From Candidatus Sumerlaea chitinivorans (GTDB lineage: Bacteria > Sumerlaeota > Sumerlaeia > Sumerlaeales > Sumerlaeaceae): a stretch of DNA of 64,000 nt. The DNA lies in NCBI GenBank assembly GCA_003290465.1, contig CP030759.1, forward strand, positions 1,205,144 through 1,269,143, read 5' to 3'. How positions within the stretch are numbered: the first letter of the stretch is position 1; each line of letters starts with the position of its first letter. Below are positions 18,132-26,039 of the stretch, in pieces. The notes beneath the pieces were generated by a model. That model worked only from the letters and a program-made list of their open reading frames with translations, had not been told where the DNA came from and ran no database searches. A program made the position numbers and the translations under genes.

Positions 18132-19397
18132 TCACGCCTCCCCCACGATGCGTCGGGCTTCAGCAAGTGTGATAAGGCCAGCAGCAACACACTGAAGAGC
18201 TGCCTTCCAAAGTGAGGTGGTCCCGCTTGCGAGCACCAGTTGGCGCAGCTCTGCTGTTGGGGCTTTGCGTACAATTGCCTCGCGAAGTGGATCGTCGGGC
18301 ACGGAAACCTCAAAGCCAGCTCGACGCCCGCGATATCCCGTTTCCGAGCACGCTGGGCATCCCCCTACCTCGTACAAATGGTCTGGAATAGGAAGCCCTT
18401 CCCCCGCCCATAAGTTTTCCGTACCCGTTGCCGAAATCGGGCGCTTACATTGCGCGCACAGCTGTCGAGCGAGCCGCTGGGCAACGACCCCAGAAATGGC
18501 GCCCGCCAGAAGAAATGGCTCAATCCCCATGTGCAAGAGACGGGCGTAAACCTGCGCTGTCGTGCCACTGTGAATCGTCGAAAGCACCAAATGACCGCTG
18601 AGGCCTGCTTGCATGACGGTGGCGGCTGTTTCCTCGTCGCGTATTTCCCCAACGACAATCACGTCTGGGTCCATTCGCAGAAGAGTGCGAAGACCCGTGA
18701 GAAAGGTGAGCCCGCCCGTCGGATCGATCTGTGTCTGATTGACCCCATCTATCTCCTGCTCGATGGGATCCTCAAGAGTCGCGATATTCGGGATAAGGGG
18801 AGAACGATCGAGGAGAAAGCGCAGGGCTGCGTAGATCGAGGTGCTCTTGCCGCTGCTACAAGGGCCGGTAAATAGTATGACACCGTGCGACCGAAGAAGG
18901 GCTCGCTGAAGCCGCCCCAAATCAGTCGCAGACAGGCCCAACTCTTCAAGTCGGCGAGGAGCGATCTGGGTAGGGAGCCGCAGGACAGCCTTCTCGCCGT
19001 GGAGGGTTGGCATGAACGCGGCCCGAAGCGCCAAGCCATCATCGTTTCCGAGCCGACCGTCCTGCGGCAAACGCTTTCGATACGTAAGAACCTTCGCAAG
19101 CATTTTCAGGCGCGCTATGACGTTTTCGCCGCGCTTGCGCGACAATCTTGCGACAGGGATCAGTTGACCATCCACCCGGTAGCGGACGAGGTAATGATCT
19201 GGTCTTGCTTCCAAATGAATGTCACTTGCGCGCAACTCCTGAGCGGCGTTCAAGATCCTGTCCGTCAATTCGGGGACGGCCATTTCGTCTAAGGCCCCCA
19301 ACTGTTCGATTTCTTGCTTCAGGAAAGCAAGAACCGTTGGCGGCTCATGCTGGTCCGCTTCTGCTGCCACTCTGTTTTCCTTCGTGATTTCCGTCAT
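18132..19397 (-). CDS. GspE/PilB-family secretion ATPase (short form)
   Basis: Walker A FTGPCSSGKSTSIYA, Walker B-like DPDVIVVGEIRD, His-box HLVLSTIHSGTTA, C-terminal tetracysteine CAQC...CPAC. Track ORF starts at TTG 19538; ATG at 19397 (MTEITKENR) has an AAGGA RBS, giving about 421 aa. Confidence 0.8.
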   Translation of the reverse strand: MTEITKENRVAAEADQHEPPTVLAFLKQEIEQLGALDEMAVPELTDRILNAAQELRASDIHLEARPDHYLVRYRVDGQLIPVARLSRKRGENVIARLKMLAKVLTYRKRLPQDGRLGNDDGLALRAAFMPTLHGEKAVLRLPTQIAPRRLEELGLSATDLGRLQRALLRSHGVILFTGPCSSGKSTSIYAALRFLLDRSPLIPNIATLEDPIEQEIDGVNQTQIDPTGGLTFLTGLRTLLRMDPDVIVVGEIRDEETAATVMQAGLSGHLVLSTIHSGTTAQVYARLLHMGIEPFLLAGAISGVVAQRLARQLCAQCKRPISATGTENLWAGEGLPIPDHLYEVGGCPACSETGYRGRRAGFEVSVPDDPLREAIVRKAPTAELRQLVLASGTTSLWKAALQCVAAGLITLAEARRIVGEA

Positions 19398-19557
19398 ATC
19401 TTTAAGGTCCTTCGCCTGAGTGTTAGACGTCCAAGCCATGCGATTCGTTGACACTTGCCTCGCAATTGCTCTATCCCGCTCCAAATCCCCGTTCCTTGCT
19501 GCCGCTCCTCGCACACCTTGACTTCGCAAAGTTGGCAAATCGGTGGAGAATCCTGGT

Positions 19558-20610
19558 TTACCGCATCCCGAAGATCCAAAACATGAGCAACGGCCAGACG
19601 GTGAGGACGTATATGCCCATGAGTAAGCCGAGGAACGCCATCATCATGGGTTCGATTGCGCGAAGGGAGCGCCCAAATTCGTCAAGTTCATCAAGCGTGC
19701 GCTGGGCAAGGTCCTGAAAGTATTCGGTGACTGTGTCCTGAAGAAAGGCTTGTTCCATTAACCAGCACTCGTGGGAGGGGAACCATTCTTCTTTTCCAAG
19801 CGCCTCTGTGGGCGAAGCCCCACGAGCGAGCGTGTCACGTAGTTTTTTGCACACTCCTGCCAAAAGTGGTTCTTCACGCATTTGGGCAATTGCCTCGAGT
19901 CCGTCCCGCAAGCAAGCTGCTCCTCCCGAAACGAAGGTCCCCATTAGGGTAGCAAAATGGTACAAATTTGCGCGTGCGACCACGACGCCAAAGAATGGTA
20001 GGGTCGTAAGAAAACGTTCGAAGCGGGCTCTCCGCGGAGCAGAGAGGATAAGAGCAGACACTGCAAAAGTACTGAGGGCCAACACTACCAACGTACACAG
20101 GACTGCCCACCGCAAAAGGCGTACGGGTAACAAAAACTCAGTGCTCTGGGATTCAAATCCGCGGCTCATGGCTGCAAATTCCAACAATGCATACGGTTCA
20201 TTCGAAAGCGACGCGAGATACGACTCACAAACAATCATCAGAATGGCCGCGATCACCAAAACCACCACGGGATAGGTAATTGTGCGCAGGTAGGCACTCT
20301 GAATACGCCGGCGGGCTTCGACGTACGCGACAATCCGCCGAAACCACACATCCAGCTCGCCTGAGGTCTCGCCCGCAGCGATCAAGCTAATGATCGGACG
20401 AGGCAGCGGGCAGCGGGCCTTGGTCAAGGCTTCGCTCAAGCTGAGGCCTAATCGAAGGAATTCCTCTGTCACCTCAAGTGCTTGAGCAAATCTACGATTC
20501 TTCACTCCCCTACGGATAGCCGGGAGCACATCTACCGGAGCCAGTCCGACCGAAAGTCCGGCACTAAGTTCCCGTACAAAGAGCTCCAAATCTCGCCATG
20601 AGGTTCGCAT
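19558..20610 (-). CDS. Type II secretion / type IV pilus platform protein, GspF/PilC family (paralog B)
   Basis: 350 aa; two T2SSF-like repeats (RFAQALEVTEEFLRLGLSLSEALTKA...IISLIAAGETSGELDVWF; LMGTFVSGGAACLRDGLEAIAQ...LMEQAFLQDTVTEYFQDLAQ), three predicted TM segments; ATG preceded by AGGAGGG. Confidence 0.75.
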   Translation of the reverse strand: MRTSWRDLELFVRELSAGLSVGLAPVDVLPAIRRGVKNRRFAQALEVTEEFLRLGLSLSEALTKARCPLPRPIISLIAAGETSGELDVWFRRIVAYVEARRRIQSAYLRTITYPVVVLVIAAILMIVCESYLASLSNEPYALLEFAAMSRGFESQSTEFLLPVRLLRWAVLCTLVVLALSTFAVSALILSAPRRARFERFLTTLPFFGVVVARANLYHFATLMGTFVSGGAACLRDGLEAIAQMREEPLLAGVCKKLRDTLARGASPTEALGKEEWFPSHECWLMEQAFLQDTVTEYFQDLAQRTLDELDEFGRSLRAIEPMMMAFLGLLMGIYVLTVWPLLMFWIFGMR

Positions 20611-20620
20611 CGGTTCCCTC

Positions 20621-21844
20621 CTACTCGAATGGCACGATAGTTACGACAGAGAAGAGGCTGAGATAGATGGCTGACACCAAAATGATGCCAAAAGCTAAGA
20701 CGGCGAGATGCACAATCGCTGCAATAAGCTGCATCATTAGAGCCCGTTGAAGTTTCCACTTTTGCTGAAGCTCGTAGGCACCTGCGCAAAGGACCTCAGG
20801 CGCGGTTTCCGACACGCTAGCCCGCATAAGCACCTGATGAAACACCGTGGGAAGAGACGGAATCCCAGCGAAGAGATTCGGCAACGAAGCACCGGCCCTG
20901 ATTCGTTCCCGTAGGAGCGGAAGGCATCGCTGCAGAACCGGGTCCCCCGTGGCTCGTACTGCCGAGTCAAATGCAGACAAGGGATCTACGTTCCATTTCA
21001 GAAGCATTCCAAGCGTGTGTGCAAAGCGGGCCAACTTTCGAAGCCAAAGAAGTTCGGCCAGCCGTTCACTTCTGTTTGCAAGAAGGCGCCGAACCCAGAG
21101 GCTTCGTCGTTCGAGAACACGAATTCCCCACAGAAGAACAAGCAACAATACCAGACCCTGCCATAAAGGAACCGAGTATCGAACGACCTGCTGCGTGAAA
21201 ACGGGTGGTTGCTTGTGGAGATCCGCGTAGAGTTCCGCAATCCTCGGCAAGGTTTGAATGGCGAATAGGCCAAGGATAAAAGAGAATACGATGAGCTCTC
21301 CAACGATGATCCCAACCCACACCTTGCGGCTAAAACCATGCTCGCGATCCACTAACTCCTCACTTGCGAGAAACCGCAAAGCCTCGGGAAGGCTGTCCGA
21401 ATCCTCTGCAGCGGAAATGACTGCAAGGTGCGCACCGGGGACGGGCGCGCGTCGGAACAAGGTGGGTTTTAACGTCTCCGCCAGCGAAGCACCAACCTCC
21501 AATCGCTTCGATGCCCGTAGCAACAGGCGCCGCACGCGCCATGGCATCTTGATGGAGCTTGAGGCAAAGGCACGGGTAGCGTCGGCAAGTCTGCCGCGTA
21601 CCAAGCACGCTGTCCCGAGGTAACGGTAAAACTGATACCTCCAGCCATAGGGCGCCCCTGCGGTAGATCTCCCTAAGAGCAAGGCAAAAGCGTAAACAGT
21701 AAGTAAAATCCCACCTAAGAACAAGATTGAGTCATGAAACACACGAAAGAGGTTCCGGTCCGCCTGTTCCACCCACGCGATGAGCATGACGTAGAGATAA
21801 GCGGGTAAGAGAACCCAGAACAGATATCGTGGCACTCGACTCAT
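20621..21844 (-). CDS. Type II secretion / type IV pilus platform protein, GspF/PilC family (paralog A)
   Basis: 407 aa; N-terminal TM helices then two T2SSF-like repeats (LEVGASLAETLKP...HLAVISAAEDSDSLPEALRFLA; FDSAVRATGDPVLQRCLPLLRERIRAGASLPNLF...LMRASVSETAPEVL); ATG preceded by AAAGGGGA. First gene of the cluster. Confidence 0.7.
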   Translation of the reverse strand: MSRVPRYLFWVLLPAYLYVMLIAWVEQADRNLFRVFHDSILFLGGILLTVYAFALLLGRSTAGAPYGWRYQFYRYLGTACLVRGRLADATRAFASSSIKMPWRVRRLLLRASKRLEVGASLAETLKPTLFRRAPVPGAHLAVISAAEDSDSLPEALRFLASEELVDREHGFSRKVWVGIIVGELIVFSFILGLFAIQTLPRIAELYADLHKQPPVFTQQVVRYSVPLWQGLVLLLVLLWGIRVLERRSLWVRRLLANRSERLAELLWLRKLARFAHTLGMLLKWNVDPLSAFDSAVRATGDPVLQRCLPLLRERIRAGASLPNLFAGIPSLPTVFHQVLMRASVSETAPEVLCAGAYELQQKWKLQRALMMQLIAAIVHLAVLAFGIILVSAIYLSLFSVVTIVPFE

Positions 21845-22088
21845 TCTAACTGTCCCCTTTCAGTAGCCCACTGCGTTGGTAGCGTGGTGAAAGCCTAATC
21901 ACGCCTAGGAAGAGCAACCTCTGCTGAACCTGCGCAAAGGGGTGTCCCGCTCGCTTCCCCCCGTGCCGTCGTTCCCGTAATCATTGTTCACCAGCCGTCC
22001 GGTCCATCCCGCTTAAACGCTCCTTTGTCGTCACCATGTTAGACGGAGAGGCTCGGGTGAGTGGTTGACACGGTTTCCAGAATTTTTT

Positions 22089-22967
22089 CTAATCGCATGG
22101 GACAGGAGTAGATTCCCCGCGCGTCCCCTCGAGTGTGGCCACGGCAGCGGAGCCAAGGATCATCGCCGCGCCGATCCAGAAGCGCATCGGCATTGTGTCC
22201 CCCAGGAATAGAGTTCCAAACATGGCGCTCCAAACCACCACAGTAAGCGAGAGCAATCCGCCTTGCGCCGCCGTCAAAACCCGGTAGGCATTCGTCATCA
22301 GGAGCTGAGCGACCGTTGCAAATGCCACCATGCCGACCACAAGCAGCCATTCCCGAGCGTGCGGAACCACAAAGTGCAATGCGGTGGGAAAAGCCGTCAC
22401 AATGGTCCCTACGAGGGTAAAGAAAATCACAATCCAGCCACTCGACTCGGTTCCGCGAAGGAGCCGCACGCTGACGATCGCTGATCCGGTCAGAGCCCCC
22501 GCCGCAAGTCCGACGAGGTCCCCAAAGCTAAACGCAAAGTGTCCAGTTGAGAAATCCAAGGTGAGAAGGGTCCCCACAACCCCGAGTGGAAGCGACCAGA
22601 GGGTAAGCCGATGTGGTTTTTCGCGCAGTTCAAACCACGCAAAGAGGGCCGACCACACGGGATACGTATAGCAGTAGAGCGTTGCCTTCGGTAGCCCAAT
22701 GTGATCGATGGCGTAGAAATAACAAAGCAGCGCGGCGGTACCAGCGACCCCACGCCACAGAAGGCGTCGGTAATTCCCGGGACGTCCAAGGGGGCGACGT
22801 GTGACCACGTAGAGGCACACGACGAGGATGAGACCGAAGAGACTGCGGAAGAAGACTTTCTCTATGCTCGGTAAACGCGGGAGCAGGCGCGTACACAACG
22901 CCATCAAGGCAAAACAGAACGCGGAGGCAAGCATAAGGAGCTGACCGCGGAGAACTCCGTGACGCAT
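22089..22967 (-). CDS. EamA/DMT-family transporter
   Basis: 292 aa, about 10 TM helices, duplicated EamA-like halves (LMLASAFCFALMALCTRL...; ...SAMFGTLFLGDTMPMRFWIGAAMILGSAAVA). Confidence 0.75.
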   Translation of the reverse strand: MRHGVLRGQLLMLASAFCFALMALCTRLLPRLPSIEKVFFRSLFGLILVVCLYVVTRRPLGRPGNYRRLLWRGVAGTAALLCYFYAIDHIGLPKATLYCYTYPVWSALFAWFELREKPHRLTLWSLPLGVVGTLLTLDFSTGHFAFSFGDLVGLAAGALTGSAIVSVRLLRGTESSGWIVIFFTLVGTIVTAFPTALHFVVPHAREWLLVVGMVAFATVAQLLMTNAYRVLTAAQGGLLSLTVVVWSAMFGTLFLGDTMPMRFWIGAAMILGSAAVATLEGTRGESTPVPCD

Positions 22968-22971
22968 CGCT

Positions 22972-24660
22972 TTAGCGTTCCTTTATCGTGTCTGGGAGGG
23001 TGGGCCGAGCCGATGCACGAGGCTTATAGAGGAAAAATTGCCACAGGTGCCCTCCTTGAATCACCCGATCGAGCCGGTATGTGTCGCGTAAAGCTTCCCG
23101 CATTCCGGGCGTGAACGCATCCGTGTAGGCGTCCGAAAACAAGTCCGTCGTGGACGCAAAAATTGTGAAACGCCCGGCCCGAATATCTTTCAGAAACCTT
23201 GATTCGTCCCAACGACCTTGCCGCGCCAATTCACTCATAATAAACGGCTGAAACAGCACAGGCTTTTCTGCGAAGAGCGCATAGGCGGCCACCTCGCTCA
23301 CGACGTCCCCCGAAGCTCGGGCGAGTTCGCTCGTTAAGCGAGCTGCAGCTTCGAAATCCGCGGGTGTCGGCCGCTTCCATTCGCCGAAAATCACCTTTTC
23401 CCAGCGGTGCAGGTGCACTGCGTGAAGTGCGAGGAGAAACGCCATTAGGAGAATCCACGCCTTCCATGAGTCGGACTGCGCGGCGGTGCGTTTCCGTAAT
23501 CCATATCCGATAGCAACCCCAACCGCAAGGCTCCACGCTGCAAGAGGTTCAAGGAGATAATTCTCCGCGCTTCCAGCTTTAGGAAGAGAGAGGAAATTCG
23601 TGACAGACAACATCTGGTAAGCGACGCAAGCGATAAGAAGGAAGCGCGTTCGCAAAAGTTCCTGTTCCGCCCTCGAGGTCACAGCCGTCGAGACAGGATT
23701 AGAAGAGGCCGCCGCGTCCAGTGTGCCATGAATCGTCGCGAGAGGACGCCAGGACCGGACAAGTTCACGCACAAGAAGGGCAAAAGCCAGGAGCCCGGCG
23801 AGCAGCCACCAACGGTAGAAGCGCCACACATGGGCCGCCCACACCAGCAAGTCCGGCCAGTGATAGCGATTCATGTTGTACCAAATTGTGTGAACAGCGA
23901 ATTGCCCACCCGTAAGAGCACTCAGGGCAAGGAACGGCAGGCCTGCCGCAGCTACAAATGTAACCGCGTAACGTCGAAAGGCAGCACGGTCCCACACCCA
24001 CAAAGCAATTAGCGAAACAACGGGCACGGAATACATCGTCTGCTTGGTGAACAAAGCCAGTGCAGCAAGACATGCTGCGCCGATATGCATCCACTTTTTC
24101 TCGGAACCCCCAAGCAGAAGCGCCAAGCTCGACAGCGTCAGCGCTAAGGCGAGCAAATCTACGCGAAAGTAGGCCGACCAGTTGTAGCACTCAAAGGTGG
24201 CTAAGAAAAGAAGCGGAGCAAGCAGAGCAGCAAAGATCTGACGCGTGAGTGCATAGACGATGGTGAACAGTAGAATGCCGGTGGAGAACACCGACAGTGC
24301 AGTGATGAGGCGCCCGACAAAGAAGCTGGGAGTGTGAAGATTCGTCAGGCTTCCTGCCACCCAGAGATAGAAGGGAGGATAGGTCCCAACGAGATAGGGG
24401 TAGTCGTTCAGTTCGCGGTAGAGCGGTTTGCCTTGGGCAACACGTACAGCTTGAGCGAGGAGTGCCCCTTCTTCGTTGTCCAGTTGAAGCATCGGATGAG
24501 CAAGCGCCTCAGTCACACGTACATAAACGTGTGGGATCAGCACCGCCAGCCCCAACACACATAAGACTACGAGCCCCCGAATGAGTATGGCACCGAAGTC
24601 GTCGGGCCATCGGTTTTCCTGCGTTGCTTCCTCCTCAACCTGCACAGGATTGTTCATCAT
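22972..24660 (-). CDS. Polytopic membrane glycosyltransferase (GT39/ArnT/PMT-like fold)
   Basis: ORF 22972..24717; likely start at MMNNPVQ. Multi-TM N-terminal region with Tyr/Trp-rich loops and a C-terminal soluble domain, typical of lipid-linked-sugar-using glycosyltransferases. Family assignment is by pattern only. Confidence 0.5.
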   Translation of the reverse strand: MMNNPVQVEEEATQENRWPDDFGAILIRGLVVLCVLGLAVLIPHVYVRVTEALAHPMLQLDNEEGALLAQAVRVAQGKPLYRELNDYPYLVGTYPPFYLWVAGSLTNLHTPSFFVGRLITALSVFSTGILLFTIVYALTRQIFAALLAPLLFLATFECYNWSAYFRVDLLALALTLSSLALLLGGSEKKWMHIGAACLAALALFTKQTMYSVPVVSLIALWVWDRAAFRRYAVTFVAAAGLPFLALSALTGGQFAVHTIWYNMNRYHWPDLLVWAAHVWRFYRWWLLAGLLAFALLVRELVRSWRPLATIHGTLDAAASSNPVSTAVTSRAEQELLRTRFLLIACVAYQMLSVTNFLSLPKAGSAENYLLEPLAAWSLAVGVAIGYGLRKRTAAQSDSWKAWILLMAFLLALHAVHLHRWEKVIFGEWKRPTPADFEAAARLTSELARASGDVVSEVAAYALFAEKPVLFQPFIMSELARQGRWDESRFLKDIRAGRFTIFASTTDLFSDAYTDAFTPGMREALRDTYRLDRVIQGGHLWQFFLYKPRASARPTLPDTIKER

Positions 24661-25879
24661 CCGCCTCTTGAGGAGCAGAATGAATGGTCTGGGTCGCCGC
24701 AAGCCGGTGGAGGCCACGCAACACCGCGGCGCCTACAACGTCACCGCGTAAAGCTTCCATGCACATGGGCTGCTTGTCGCAGGTCTTTAAATAGCATGGG
24801 CTGCAGCTGAAATCGGTCACAATTTTCTCACCACGATCATAAAGCTCAATTTCAACGGGGGAAGTTGAGCCAAAGATTGCGACGACCCATTTCTGTCGGG
24901 CAATCGCGATATGCATTGCCAGACTGTCGGAGCTCACGACTAAATCACAGGCATCCACCACACCGACGAACTCGTCGAGCGTATTGCCGCAGCCGGTGTC
25001 GAAGAGATAGGGACAGCGCTGAAGGATCTGGGCGTTGAGTTCGCGCTCGGCTTCACCTCCGAGAAGCAGCAACGATACGTGTGGAAGGTGCGCATGCAAG
25101 AACTCGCACAACTCAACCCACCCTGCTAAGGTCCACTGCTTGGTTCGAAAAACTGAGCCGCAACCCGTGTTGATCCCGATGCGCGGTGGCTGGGGTACCC
25201 CGGCGAGAATCTCGGCGCGACGACGCTGACCGTTTTCAGTCAAAAAAAGTTGGTAGGGATCGCGCGCGTATGGCAGGCAGGCCATTTCGGCAATGATTTC
25301 TGGATACGTTTTCCGATTCTTGCGAAATTTCAGCTCGTCGCTCACCCCGAGAAGCAAGGCATATTCCGACTCAGGATTGAATACCGTCGGCGTATTCCAT
25401 TGCGTAGGTGCAAAACCAAGGTGTCTACGGGCAGGAACCTTTCCCGCAAGTGCAAGCGGCTCACTTTCCTTCTCAAAGTTTAAGAGAAGATCAAACGTCT
25501 CGCGCATGAGGGTTTGAACCGTTTCGCCGTCGAGGGCCAACAACCGGTCTATATTCGGGTTTGCCATCAGCAACGGAATGGACGGAGGGGCAGTCACCCA
25601 CGTGATATGGGAGCGGGGATACGCTCGGCGCAACGGAGCCAAAAGGGTTGTCGTGCGGAGCACATCGCCCATGGCACCGGTTTTGATGATCAGGATGCGC
25701 ACCTGTCCGGCCTCACCAAAGGCGCCCGGGGCGGTCACCTTGACTGGACTTGCCGGGTTGCCAACCACCTCGCTCCGCCGCTCGTACCATTGGCAATCTC
25801 GGCATTCATTGCCGTACTTGCACGGCTTGTAGCCGTTGTAGAGAACGCAATCGAATTTGATGTCTCTGAATTCAAGCAT
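24635..25879 (-). CDS. Glycosyltransferase family 9 (ADP-heptose:LPS heptosyltransferase-like) with Cys-rich N-terminal extension
   Basis: 414 aa; GT9 pattern VRILIIKTGAMGDVLRTTTLLAPLRRAYPRSHITWV and C-terminal ...CDLVVSSDSLAMHIAIARQKWVVAIFGSTSP; N-terminal ~40 aa MLEFRDIKFDCVLYNGYKPCKYGNECRDCQWY contains 5 Cys. Confidence 0.75.
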   Translation of the reverse strand: MLEFRDIKFDCVLYNGYKPCKYGNECRDCQWYERRSEVVGNPASPVKVTAPGAFGEAGQVRILIIKTGAMGDVLRTTTLLAPLRRAYPRSHITWVTAPPSIPLLMANPNIDRLLALDGETVQTLMRETFDLLLNFEKESEPLALAGKVPARRHLGFAPTQWNTPTVFNPESEYALLLGVSDELKFRKNRKTYPEIIAEMACLPYARDPYQLFLTENGQRRRAEILAGVPQPPRIGINTGCGSVFRTKQWTLAGWVELCEFLHAHLPHVSLLLLGGEAERELNAQILQRCPYLFDTGCGNTLDEFVGVVDACDLVVSSDSLAMHIAIARQKWVVAIFGSTSPVEIELYDRGEKIVTDFSCSPCYLKTCDKQPMCMEALRGDVVGAAVLRGLHRLAATQTIHSAPQEADDEQSCAG

Positions 25880-26039
25880 CGTTGCTGCGGACTAAACGCA
25901 ACAGTAACAGAATGTTCAATTGCATTTCAGGTGGGGAACGCACAGGACCCAACACCTCAGATTTCGCCTCGAGCGAGCTCTGGCCCCCATCGGGTTGTCA
26001 GAACTTCACACGGTGGGAACGCCATGCCACCGGCTTTCG

